DNA from: Cyanidioschyzon merolae
Taxonomy: Eukaryota
Direction: 5' to 3' (one strand)
DNA length: 64,000 nucleotides
Assembly: GCA_000091205.1 (NCBI GenBank)
Contig: AP006496.2
The notes under the pieces are model-generated. The model was not told the DNA's origin. It searched no databases and saw only the letters and a program-made list of their open reading frames with translations. Position numbers and translations under genes: made by a program. Numbering within the stretch: position 1 is the stretch's first letter; each line of letters starts with the position of its first letter. This document shows, piece after piece, positions 20,558-30,701 of this stretch.

Positions 20558-23500
20558 TTACAGCCGCGACGGGCCATGTGTCGACGACGCGCTACTGAAC
20601 TGCACATCGGCAACGTCCTCCTCCAGCATCCATGGCTCCGCCTCGGCACGCAAACGCAGGAAAAGGTTCATCGCCTTCATTGCCTGTACATCGTCAACCG
20701 TTCCGAGTCCCAGATGACGCTCACCAACGACAACTGCCAGACACTGCGCCCGAGAGAGCGCCACATTCAAGCGTCGGGCGTCCAGGATGAAGGCAATACC
20801 CTCGTGGCTCGCGCGTGTGCGCATCTCAGCGTCGCCTCCAGATGCCGCGGTGCGATCCTGCTCGGGTGCGCAGAGACTCATTATGACAATGGGACGCTCT
20901 TGGCCCTGAAACTTATCGACGGTACCGATACGCGGTATATTGCTCGAAGCTGCATCTGCGCCCGTCTGTGGAGTGCGCGATGCAGCCCAGAGCGTAAAGG
21001 CAGTTTTCAGGGCATTCACCTGTTCGTTGTAGGGTGCCACAATCAGAATGTCGTCCACGGATACATGGCGCGGTGCCGCTGACTGCTCCGTTGCCGCCTG
21101 CGGACCGAGACGCAGTTCGAAGCGCGTCCCTTGCACCAGCATCGCAACCAGTCGCAGGACTGTAGCGACTTCCCGCTTCCAGCGCGAGCGCACGGTAGCA
21201 CTACCAGGGAACGTCGCTGTCGACGACGACGACGACGACGACACATCTACTGCGAGGAAGCCAAGCCCAGAGCGCGCTCGCCCCAGATGGTGATCCCAGA
21301 CCTGATGCTGCTCGGTACGGGCATGCCAGCGCAGCCGCCCCTGGTAAAAGGTCGTACCGATGAAGCGGCAGAGCTCAGGACAGAGGCGGTGCGTCGTCGG
21401 CAAGAACCAGCCCCAGGCGGGCCCAGCGACCGACGTGTCAGCTCCGAGCAGGTACGTCAGCGAAGACTCGCCACCGACGAGGGGTCGCCCGCTCGGCAGC
21501 AGCGAGTTATTCGCCGATACCGCCGCCAACTGCATCTGATCACCAACCAGCACCGCAGCACGCCGAACGTTCGGCAGCATGGCAACGAAATACGCTCGTG
21601 CCATCTGACCAGCTTCGTCTACGAAGAGGTAGTCGAGCCGCTCCCGCAGGTGCTCGTGTGAGAGCGCGAATGCCGTACCCGCGAGCACACTGAACGGGGG
21701 ATCCGCTTCCGACGACGTCGGCGCCATTCTCGGAACCCGAGTGGTTACGTGAACGGCGCCCGTCGGTAAACTGCACTGCTTGTGCTGGCCAATACGCCAA
21801 ATCAGCGCTGCGGTATGCGTACATCCGCGAATTCGAAGACGTTGCACCAGGGCGCCCAGTGCCTGGTCGATGGCCGCGTGGCTACTCGCACATACGCCAA
21901 TACAAAAGCGATGGCGACCAGTCGGCTGTGGCCCCAGCACCAGTTCCGCGATACACTCGGCGATGGTATGCGTTTTGCCGCAACCAGGCGGTCCCTGTAT
22001 CACCAGAACGCGCCCATCCGTGATCTGACGAAGCGATTCGACAACCTGTGGTACCTGCTCGGCAGTTCGAAAAGGTTCGTCAGACGCCACCAGAGAAGGA
22101 AATGGGCACTCGCGTCGCAAGTAGCGCGCAACCAGCGGTGTCTGTCGCGAGTGCATCGCTGCTGCACAGAGACCCAGAATGGACGACAGACGACGAAAGA
22201 AGGGCGGTCGTCGAACGATGCGCGGCAGACGCGTGCCCGCAGGGAGAAAGCGCTCGGCTGTCGCCCGGTCCACTTGAATGGATGCCGAATCGGGACCTGT
22301 GAACCGCAGACGCGCCAGCGGTACCATGAGGTAGCGCTCACCGATGAGCAAACAAGCCTGCCATTCGCCGGAATCCGAGTAGATTCGCTGCTCAGCGGGG
22401 AAGCATACGCGCAAGTTGACACGATCCGGTCGTGCGGGAGTCTCAGCGGGCGGACCGTTCATCGAAGATGCCTGCAGTTTTTTGCGCTGTGGGCGCGTCG
22501 CTTTCGATGCACTGGAATGCGTCGGCAGATCGGGCCCCTGATCCGCATACTGGACTCGAGGAGCGGCTCCTGGCGACCCAGACAGGTCACTGGATGCCTG
22601 CATCGTCGATATGGAACTGCCTTGGACATGCACGCCGCTCCCAGCCGACCCGTTGTCGTCGTGGTGCATACCCGCGATGCTGTCGACCGAGTCGCCACCC
22701 GCAACCCCCATCGGTTGTTCCAGTCGTGCTGGTGGTGTCAGCGCAGCGGATGGCGCTGTTTGGGATCGGGTTGTACTCGCCAGGCGCTCTGCAGCATCAA
22801 CGTCTCGTCCAGAGACGATAGATGTCTTTTGGGAGCTGGTACGTCGCCGCCGATCGCCAGCAGAGGCGTCGCTCGCGGACAAGGACGTTTCCGGGGACGC
22901 TGCATCCCAGTCAACTACGATCGCGTCCACAATCACATCAGGATGATCGTAGAGGTCGCGATCCAGCGCTACCTGCGGCCGCTGGCGCCATGCCAAATGC
23001 TGCAACTCTATTTTGGACTCTCGAAGGATGTAATCGACCAGATCCCGCATGGGATCATCGACCGGCAGCCGTTGCCGCACGTGCAGGGACAGCAGCATCG
23101 CGTCCCGCTCCGGTATCCCTGCAGCTCGTTCCGTGCGTAGCATCTCTATCATGGTAGCGTACGGTGTACTCGGCGCCACAGCGTGCCGAAATCGCGCAGA
23201 TCCCGAGGCATCCTCGTCGTTGTCCTCGTCGTCAGCATCACTATCACCACCATTACCACCAGCAGTAGCAGCAGCAGCAGCAGCACCAGCACCAGCATCG
23301 CTGCTGTTGACGTTCACGCAACGCCGCGCACCCGATTCCGATGATCCCGCAGCAGCACGCCACTCGCGGTGATCAGCGAGCTCCACATCTGAACCTGTTT
23401 GAACAGATTCGTTCGATAAGGTATCATTCGAATCCTGCGACGCTGCTGCTGCTGCTGATGCTGATGCTGATGCTGCCGATGATGATAAAAGCACTGGTGC

Positions 23501-25873
23501 ACGCATCCCAGCGCACGCAGCGCTGTAGACGTGGTCGTGCGTGCGCAGCCAGCCGGCGAGTGCGTGCAACGATCTGCAGATCGAGCCGCTCAGCGCCAGC
23601 AGGCGATTGCGCACGATACGCGCACGCTCAGCGTTGTTGTATCGACTGGCGATTCGATAGCGCTCATAGAGTTCTGTTGCTTCTGCTTGGGGCGCCATAA
23701 CTATAGTGCTGCAGGCGATAGCGCTACCACGAATGAGACTGTTCAGTGATCGCAAGTTGTACGGGTCGTGGTCACCGATGAGGAAGCTGGCCCGTACAAC
23801 CTGCCGCAAGTCGACTAGCGGTAACTGATCCACGGTTGCCTGCACGCCGGCATCGTGCGTCGCGAGCGCTACCTCCATCAGGGCGTGCCGATCCAGTTCG
23901 CCAAAGTGGTAGACGTGCAGCTGGGGATCCTCAAATAGCGCCGCGCGAACGTGGACCAGGAAACGCCGGAGGATGGATGTGGCTTCTTCTGGTGTGTATG
24001 CCCAGAAGGAGGTCGGCCGCGCGTACTGCCCCGGGCACCATATTCCGAGCAGAAAATACGAACCATCGTATGAAGTCATGTAGGCGATGTACATATCGTA
24101 AGGCGAAGCTGGTGGCAACAGTCGAGCAGGCTCGGCGTTCGCATGCGGCCGTGGCTCATAGGGCAGTCGGCTCGCATCGCCATGGCGATAACGCTGCAGT
24201 AAAAGGCGCGCTTGCAGCATGTACTCCGAAAGTCGCCATGGGGGAATGTCGGCAAGCTGGAGCTGCTCTGCGGCAGGCAGGCTCGCCAGCTGCTCGAGGT
24301 TGCGGAACCCTCTTTCCCATAACTGGCGCATGTCATGCAGGCGCATCTCGGTAACGAGCAACGGGCTCTGATGATAGCGCTCCAGGGCGCATGCTGCGTA
24401 GGCGTTCTGTGTGAGTCGGCGGCGGCACTCACGCATGGCAATGAGCATGTCCAAGCTGGAAGCGCTTTCCGCAATGCGCAGCGAAAGCTCCGCGAGGTTG
24501 GTCTTCAGTAGACGTGCGCCCTCACGACGAACCACGGACAGTAACTCCTCCAGTTTCGCTTCAAAGTAAAACGAGCAATCCGCTGTACGCCAACACTGAA
24601 CCTGCGCAACAACCGCATCCGATTCGCTGTCCAGACACAGATAGAAACGAGGCCAGTAGCCAAGGGTCTGCTCCTGACGTCGCTCCAAAGCCCGAACGAT
24701 CCACAGATACGCCATCGCCTGCATTGTAAACTGCGGCTGTGCTTTGCGAGCTAGTTTGCATTCAGCGACAGTGTAGCGGTACAGACGATATCGATCCCAC
24801 TGCGCCGCAGGTACGGAGGCAATCCAGCGCGCTTCAGGTGGTAGTGCAGTTGAGGGCAAACTGGCTTCTTCCCACGGATTCCACGGCGAGTCCGCAGGAC
24901 AGATTCCGCGCTGGTCGCCGAGCTGGACCCATTCTCGAACCAGCAAGTCACTGCGACCATGCAAGGTTCCGTGTTCAAGGGGCGCTTGCGCGATGATCGC
25001 AACCCCAGCTTCCATTGCTCGCAGCGTTTCCGCCACCGAGTGACAGCAGACAACCTCATGACCATGTTGTCGCAGCGCCTCAAGGAGCGTTTGCTCAAAC
25101 TCACGCCCACCCGCAATAAGGCCTTTCAAAATGGGCGCTCGGGGGCGTAAGCTCGACAAGCACGGCACCGACGCCTGCTGCGTCGAGTCCGACGGCGTGC
25201 CCCGCTGGAGGCGGCTTTGCAGGTACGCAGAGAGGCGAATCGCTCGATCCCAAGCGATGTCGCTGGGGTGCGCATTCGGCTCTTGCAAGACGAGACGTCT
25301 TGCATGGCGACGCTTGTATCCAAAACGAAAATTCATTACTCGATCTACGAGCATCATATGGAACTCGAAAGACGATTCGGTGAATCTGGCAAGCATCGTT
25401 GGTGGTAATGGCAGCAGCTGCTGCCACACGTCCGTGGACTCATCTCGCTGAATAGCTGGCGCGCCTGGCACGTCCGGAGGTGCTTCCGCTGCTGGAAGCG
25501 GCTCCTCTGGCGCCGACGCTTCCAGGCTAGCCACCAGTCGTATGCAGGACCCAGTAGCAGCACCTTTCCTACGTACAGATCGCACGAGCGATAAACTGGA
25601 CTTCTCAGGCGCCCTGTCCAGGCACTGCCTCCAAAGAAGCAGAACCGAATCGTTCCTACGGCGACGACACAGAGTGGCGTGACACCTGCCGCTGCTGTCG
25701 GAGGTGCCAAGTGTGCAGAAGATGAAGCCGCTCTGGCGGCTTGCAGACGAACTGCGGGGCGGAGCTCCGCTTCCGCGCACAGGCGCGACTGCTAGCAGCG
25801 GGATCCATCCGTCGTCTTTGCCTCCGAAAGACTCGATTAGAGACGAGTGAAGGGAGGAGGTCGCCATGGTCAA
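20558..25873 (-). CDS. large superfamily-1 DNA/RNA helicase, Upf1/Sen1/DNA2-like (AAA_11/AAA_12 type), with ~1200-aa uncharacterised N-terminal region
   Basis: 1771-aa uninterrupted ORF. The C-terminal third carries motif I VLVIQGPPGCGKTHTI, motif II YLFVDEAGQ, VLVGDQMQLAAV, motif V GTVDKFQGQERPIVIMSL and motif VI ARRLNVALSRAQCLAVVVGE. The N-terminal region has acidic/Ala/Ser low-complexity inserts encoded by trinucleotide repeats at ~21222-21242 and ~23221-23300. Confidence 0.8.
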   Translation of the reverse strand: MTMATSSLHSSLIESFGGKDDGWIPLLAVAPVRGSGAPPRSSSASRQSGFIFCTLGTSDSSGRCHATLCRRRRNDSVLLLWRQCLDRAPEKSSLSLVRSVRRKGAATGSCIRLVASLEASAPEEPLPAAEAPPDVPGAPAIQRDESTDVWQQLLPLPPTMLARFTESSFEFHMMLVDRVMNFRFGYKRRHARRLVLQEPNAHPSDIAWDRAIRLSAYLQSRLQRGTPSDSTQQASVPCLSSLRPRAPILKGLIAGGREFEQTLLEALRQHGHEVVCCHSVAETLRAMEAGVAIIAQAPLEHGTLHGRSDLLVREWVQLGDQRGICPADSPWNPWEEASLPSTALPPEARWIASVPAAQWDRYRLYRYTVAECKLARKAQPQFTMQAMAYLWIVRALERRQEQTLGYWPRFYLCLDSESDAVVAQVQCWRTADCSFYFEAKLEELLSVVRREGARLLKTNLAELSLRIAESASSLDMLIAMRECRRRLTQNAYAACALERYHQSPLLVTEMRLHDMRQLWERGFRNLEQLASLPAAEQLQLADIPPWRLSEYMLQARLLLQRYRHGDASRLPYEPRPHANAEPARLLPPASPYDMYIAYMTSYDGSYFLLGIWCPGQYARPTSFWAYTPEEATSILRRFLVHVRAALFEDPQLHVYHFGELDRHALMEVALATHDAGVQATVDQLPLVDLRQVVRASFLIGDHDPYNLRSLNSLIRGSAIACSTIVMAPQAEATELYERYRIASRYNNAERARIVRNRLLALSGSICRSLHALAGWLRTHDHVYSAACAGMRAPVLLSSSAASASASAAAAASQDSNDTLSNESVQTGSDVELADHREWRAAAGSSESGARRCVNVNSSDAGAGAAAAAATAGGNGGDSDADDEDNDEDASGSARFRHAVAPSTPYATMIEMLRTERAAGIPERDAMLLSLHVRQRLPVDDPMRDLVDYILRESKIELQHLAWRQRPQVALDRDLYDHPDVIVDAIVVDWDAASPETSLSASDASAGDRRRRTSSQKTSIVSGRDVDAAERLASTTRSQTAPSAALTPPARLEQPMGVAGGDSVDSIAGMHHDDNGSAGSGVHVQGSSISTMQASSDLSGSPGAAPRVQYADQGPDLPTHSSASKATRPQRKKLQASSMNGPPAETPARPDRVNLRVCFPAEQRIYSDSGEWQACLLIGERYLMVPLARLRFTGPDSASIQVDRATAERFLPAGTRLPRIVRRPPFFRRLSSILGLCAAAMHSRQTPLVARYLRRECPFPSLVASDEPFRTAEQVPQVVESLRQITDGRVLVIQGPPGCGKTHTIAECIAELVLGPQPTGRHRFCIGVCASSHAAIDQALGALVQRLRIRGCTHTAALIWRIGQHKQCSLPTGAVHVTTRVPRMAPTSSEADPPFSVLAGTAFALSHEHLRERLDYLFVDEAGQMARAYFVAMLPNVRRAAVLVGDQMQLAAVSANNSLLPSGRPLVGGESSLTYLLGADTSVAGPAWGWFLPTTHRLCPELCRFIGTTFYQGRLRWHARTEQHQVWDHHLGRARSGLGFLAVDVSSSSSSSTATFPGSATVRSRWKREVATVLRLVAMLVQGTRFELRLGPQAATEQSAAPRHVSVDDILIVAPYNEQVNALKTAFTLWAASRTPQTGADAASSNIPRIGTVDKFQGQERPIVIMSLCAPEQDRTAASGGDAEMRTRASHEGIAFILDARRLNVALSRAQCLAVVVGERHLGLGTVDDVQAMKAMNLFLRLRAEAEPWMLEEDVADVQFSSASSTHGPSRL

Positions 25874-25907
25874 ACGCGTGCCCGCTTGAGACGACCCGCA
25901 CCATCAA

Positions 25908-26000
25908 CGCCGCTCGAAAGTCGAACGGCGCCAACGGTGTACAGTAGTGGCGGCAACCGCGCCCTAGACGAGACGTCTCCAACGGGCGTGCAGACGCCTC
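25908..26000 (-). ncRNA. candidate omega-RNA (fRNA) scaffold region of copy F3: the conserved 3' end of the ORF plus the noncoding tail
   Basis: Sense sequence after the stop, ...ctagggcgcggttgccgccactactgtacaccgttggcgccgttcgactttcgagcggcg, is conserved with copies F2, F4 and F5 and then diverges exactly at the element end. No structure or expression evidence is available. Confidence 0.25.
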
Positions 26001-28318
26001 CCAGTTTGTTTGAACCGGAAACCCACTACTGCTTCCAACTTCTTCTCATATTGTCCCACTTTAAGAGGTTGTCCAAGAAAATTCTCTCGTGTCCACTCTG
26101 GAGGTCTTTTCTCCAGGACCGCACATTTCCTTGTATTGATGGCGGCATTCAAATCTCGGTTCACAAACTCCATCCGTTTCTTCCCATTGGTAGTTGTACT
26201 TCCTAGTGCACCTAGTCCTCGCACTTTCACTCTCCTTTCCATTTGCTCTTCCGTCAGCGGTCCGTACTTTTTCATATCCTCAGGGCTCCGTTGGCACGTT
26301 TCCATCTCGACCCTCTGAAGTATACACCCCAGTTCATGGTATGTATAGGACGTTCGGAACTCACCTACAGGTAGTGTAACAAACCGGTGTGCGCACTCCT
26401 TGTACGTTCTTGTCGTTGGAGCTGGTGTACACAATTTTTGGGTCTTCCATCGCCCCGCCCCATACGCTGCTACGAGCCTCTGACTTTCATCCTCCTTCAG
26501 GGCGCTCAACTGATTGAAAAAGTTGGCAAACGCCCGCTGCTTCCCACAATACAAATTCATTCGGAAACGAGCCCACCGGGGCTTGGTATACTCCTCCCAC
26601 GGCGCATCCCAATGGGCAACATGAACTTTCATGAATTTCCGAAAAGCTTCAAAGTCCGCTCCTCGGCTCGCCACCTCGCTCAAAGCTTCTAGGTCATCCT
26701 TCATTCCTGAATTCCGGCTCTCGATTTTCTCCCTCGCATTCATTATACCCGATTCTCGATTGTATCTCGCTATCGAGAACCTCAATAGACGCATGTCTTT
26801 CCGACGTAAACTACCGTCAGTACCATCTTCCGCACACTTCGGTGCTGCGATGGTGATGATATTTGTGTTTCCGGGGTCCGCGCCAACGACAAAGTCGTTA
26901 TCGTGCACTTTCTACGTCACAGGGCCCGCCTCCTTCTTTTCTTCATGCATCACCGCGTCAACGACAAGCACGTTATCCTCCACCTCCTGCGTCTCAGGAC
27001 CCGCCTGCTTCTTTTCTTCATGCATCGCCGCGTTAACGACAAGGTCGTTATGTTGCACTTTCTGTGTGGCAGGATCCGCCTCCTCCTTTTCTTTATCCAT
27101 TGTCACGGGCACACCCGAGGGCGGGACTAAACGATCTGCCTTCAAACGCCGATTGTGTACTCACGTGGCTACTCCATCAGTTTCGATCAACCCAGTAAAT
27201 ACCGTTTGCTTGCTCACTCTCAGACGTTTGAAATCGAAGATATTCTTCCAGTACGTCTCCCGGTTTTCGCCGGAGAGTTCCTCACTGTTGAAATTAAACT
27301 CGGGACTGATCTCCTTCATGATGCCGTAAAGGACGCCTGAATCGATACTCACCAAATGTGACTTGAGGTTGCACATTGGAACACCGTTGAAGCGCTTCCC
27401 CATTAGGAAAGCCTTCCGTCTCCCCCACTCTTCAGTGTTTTCCTCACTCAGCTTTATCTCCGCCTTGCGTCCAAGTTCTAGATCCAGAAACAAGAAATAG
27501 CGAAGAATGAGGCGATAGTGTCTTTCCTTATCTTTTTTCAACTCTGATATCTTTTCTGCTGGACTCGGCAGCCCCAGTACCCCACGGCGCTCTTGAATAG
27601 CCGCACGGATGACAGAAGTTTTACACCTTCTCCTGCGTGACGCCTTCTCTCCGACGAATTCGATCTCATCTTCATGCTTGTGATCGTTCGTGATGCCATT
27701 GATAATCGACCATACTCCTTTGCGAGACAGGCCCGGGTACAGCGCAAACACGGCGCGTATCATGAAACGTTCGAGGTTCATCGTCAAATGGTTCCTCAGG
27801 TTCGTGAGGTAATTCATTGCCCCGTGTTCGTAAATATCCCGGTTACCAATGTATCGAGTGCCCTCGAAGCGGAATTCCGCGAAGTTTTCGTGGAGGGCGT
27901 GTACCCGCTCATTTTCCCTCCGCGTTTCCCTTGCGCCGAGCATCAAGTGACGAACAAAGATATTGTCGAAAAACTCGTCTGGAATCTCGACTGTTTCCAT
28001 GTGCGTCACATCGCGATACATCTCCCTCGCCATACGCATCAGTCCTGAAGACGCCCTGACAATACTCTTGGAGTACGAATCGAGACGTTTTTTGATAGCG
28101 TCTCGCAACTTTTCCCTGTACGGATCCTTGATATGTTCAAGAAGACCGGCTTTCACCACCATATCGTCGTACAGTTGTCTTTCTTTCCGCCTTCGACGTA
28201 GGGCCTCTCCCCTTTGCTTCTTCTTCTCTTCCTTTTCTACTCGACTCGGCACTGTTTTTTGTTTTTTTCTAGCAGCCGGCGACCCTGGGCCTCCAGGATC
28301 GTCGACTTGCTTTTTCAT
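25964..28318 (-). pseudogene. Fanzor1-like TnpB-family RuvC nuclease gene of copy F3 (about 750 codons, 2 frameshifts)
   Basis: N-terminus is basic (KKQKTVPSRVEKEEKKKQRGEALRRRRKERQ). RuvC-I is [17 protein letters not shown] (D at 26878-26876). The Zn-finger-like region is YKECAHRFVTLPVGEFRTSYTYHELGCILQRVEMETCQRSPE. RGLGAL follows. RuvC-III is FVNRDLNAAINTRKC (D at 26155-26153). Confidence 0.7.
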
Positions 28319-28572
28319 AGGTTTCCTTTTTTTTTAGTTTTTTGAAAAAGAACGCTCTTTGAACCCTTATGTAATATACTGCGAACAAACACTTGACTAG
28401 ACTTATTTGAGGGTGAAACACAAATGAACTCAAAAACTGTACTTTGCTACGACTTTAACGCAAATAAAACTTGTACAGTAGAGCAGTGCGCTCCTGATCA
28501 GGATCGCGTTTCCCTTCAATGGCGACATGCGCGTCGTGTCAGGTGACTGCCTGATCTCCCGGGTGCGCTCAC

Positions 28573-29150
28573 CGAGCGCGATTTTTAGAATGGACAAAAC
28601 GTTTCCTTGTGCCAGCGTTCTCCGATTGTGCGCATTTTTCTTTTCTTTCTCTCTTTTTGTGTTTTTTTCAGTGCGCGGTGAGGTATCCATCAACCCCCTA
28701 CCTCCATGTTACATTACCGATACTTCATCGCGGATATTCTGGTCGTTTCATACGTCCTATGATGTGTGCCTAGTACCTGCCGTGCCGTACCCGCCTTTGG
28801 ACCTTAACAGCTGGGGCAGATAGTTCATAGAGACAGAACGGCTTTTCCATACCACAGAGGGCGCCGGCTCGAGGCGTGGTTTACCCGACGTAGAATTGGG
28901 TGTCGCCGTCAGTTTGTGCTCAGACAGTCTGCGGATGCAGGTTTGTCTTCGCTGCACGAAACGCTGGAGACACTTGGCTGTTAGGATATATCGTGGGAGC
29001 CGCCTCTCTCTTTCGTGATCATGCATGGAATGCGTTGTTGTCGGTTGGCAATGTGGCTTCGTGCTTGACACCCACCCACCACTGTGGGTAGGCGCAGAAA
29101 GCACTGGGCCCGTGTGCGCATCCGATTCGCTAGACCTTCCGCCTAGAAGG
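28573..29150 (+). repeat. R3 interspersed repeat (~590 bp), copy 1
   Basis: Near-identical by eye to 48990-49575. The first ~150 bp (gccagcgttctccgattgtgcgc..polypyrimidine..cagtgcgcggtgaggtatccatcaaccccctacc) are also at 60420-60600. Confidence 0.7.
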
Positions 29151-30386
29151 TAGCATGTGAGTTTCTTCGCCACTAATGAGCGCTGAGGCTCGGTTAGCGG
29201 ACCATAAGTTGCCAGTGCTACACTCAGAGTGAGTGTCCGGTCTTCGACTATCACGATGATGCCCAGCTGCTGGTGTCCTCCAAGGAGCTCGCTGCGCTCC
29301 TGCTTCCAGCGCGGGCACTGTAAGCCTAAATATGTCAGCGTCTCGGGGATCTCGTCTCGACAGCAGGGACAGTGTGATTCCCAGTGCGATTCCAGTGTTC
29401 CTATACGGCTTAGAGACGGTGCTGGTAGCCAGAAGCCACCAACGCGGATTTTGGCGAGCCACTGGGTACCTCGAGCAAGTCCCGGGAATTCCAGCGCCTC
29501 CTACCAGTGCCTGCATGTGTATGCTAGGTTGTAGTTCCGGTATAGAGTCAAGCCGGCGTTAAGGGCGCGACTGGTACCGTGTCTACGTTCCCATATTGTT
29601 GTTTGGACCGTTCGCTTCAGGCGGTGGGAGCCTTCTACATTTCTGGGGAACGATTCGAGCGCATTTTCGCCTAAGAGGCGCTTCAACCAAATATGCGTCC
29701 ATTTCATCCTTCTTGCGACGCACCTACCGGTACCGAGTACGTCTCGAGCCTCGTACGCGCTACCGCGGCATATGCCGACCTGCCTCTCTCTCTTCAGTGC
29801 AGAGCGGAGGACTCGACGCTGGACCTCTTAACGACACCGAAAGGCGCTGCTGTTGCTTCTGGGGAAGCACCCGCGACTATCCGTCCAACGGTCCGTACCA
29901 GAGACGTTTGGCACTAGCCCCTAGCGCACTGACAGCTTCGTGCTGCTTGCCGGGTTCGTTATTCGGGCTGCCGAGCGTTTCGGGACGGTAGTCACAGCGA
30001 GCGCCTCCGCTGAGGCAGTTTCACGCTCTTGGGGAAGGGGCGCGCACTTTGCAGGTCGCCAACGTGTCCAGCGTCAAGCCCAACGACTGAACTGCCGTCG
30101 ACTGAGTCGCACACGTACACATGCTCACTGGGACATCAGCGCCTTTCGCCGCTTTGGACTGAGGCTTTGGCGGCGTTTACTACCCGAGTCGGAGAAAAGT
30201 GCGGCGGGTCCGTGAATACTGGGCGGTTTATTGCAGCACTTGACCAGGGAGAAGGGTTGCAGTGAACAGCAGCACGCTACGACTACTGCGCAAAGCTGTT
30301 CGCGCGCGTCTGGTAGCGCTTCCAAGTTGTGTCGAGCGCAGCATAGGCACGAAGCAACGACCCCAAAACGGACGCCCTGAACCTGC

Positions 30387-30701
30387 ATGGAGTCTGAAGA
30401 CGAGCTTCTGCCGAGCGTCCCCGCGGTACTGGTGGACGAGTCGAGCCCCGGCGCGTTCGCGGAACTGGCGAACGAGAAGGCGCGCCTCGAGTCTCGGAGA
30501 GCGCTGCTTCAGCGAGAACTGGAACGACTACAGGCGCCTGTCCTTCAACAAAGCCCCTACTACAGAGAACGTAGAGCTTGTTGCTTGAGAATGCTGGAGA
30601 TCATTGACGTGAGCATCGCACAACTGGATTCTGGGATGCACGCGCCAGCAGCGTTGAATGCTGAACTGGAGACCCTGTTTCAGAGCTTGCATATCGACTG
30701 A
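30387..30701 (+). CDS. hypothetical small coiled-coil protein (104 aa), speculative
   Basis: ORF with heptad-like LLQRELERLQAPVL..LETLFQSL. No family recognised. Confidence 0.15.
   Translation: MESEDELLPSVPAVLVDESSPGAFAELANEKARLESRRALLQRELERLQAPVLQQSPYYRERRACCLRMLEIIDVSIAQLDSGMHAPAALNAELETLFQSLHID

Larger units (their letters stand above)
25908..28572 (-). mobile_element. Fanzor/TnpB-like element copy F3 (most complete; 2 frameshifts in the internal acidic repeat)
   Basis: An intact 385-aa N-terminal ORF at 27161..28318 and an intact 314-aa C-terminal ORF at 25964..26908 are joined by the 77-aa repeat ORF 26912..27145 in other frames. The conserved 3' tail is at 25908-25963. The 5' UTR at 28319-28572 contains gactttaacgcaaata and ggatcgcgtttcccttcaatggcgacatgcg...ctgatctcccgggtgcgctcaccgagcgc. 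Confidence 0.75.

Noticed and set aside
20558-25873. Whether the large helicase next to a transposon copy is a Helitron Rep/Hel protein
   Set aside because: Its helicase motifs (GPPGCGKT, DEAGQ, VDKFQGQE, RRLNVALSRA) are Upf1/DNA2-like, not Pif1-like. No HUH Rep motif precedes them, and no Helitron-style termini were seen.
28600-28700. Polypyrimidine tract plus AG in R3 as a trans-splicing or 3' splice acceptor for the downstream gene
   Set aside because: The tract is on the plus strand while all adjacent genes are on the minus strand, so it cannot serve as their acceptor.
28757-29254. Conserved 160-aa minus-strand ORF inside repeat R3 (also 49299..49787)
   Set aside because: Its conservation simply mirrors the near-identity of the two R3 DNA copies. 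There is no recognisable domain, and the start context differs between copies.
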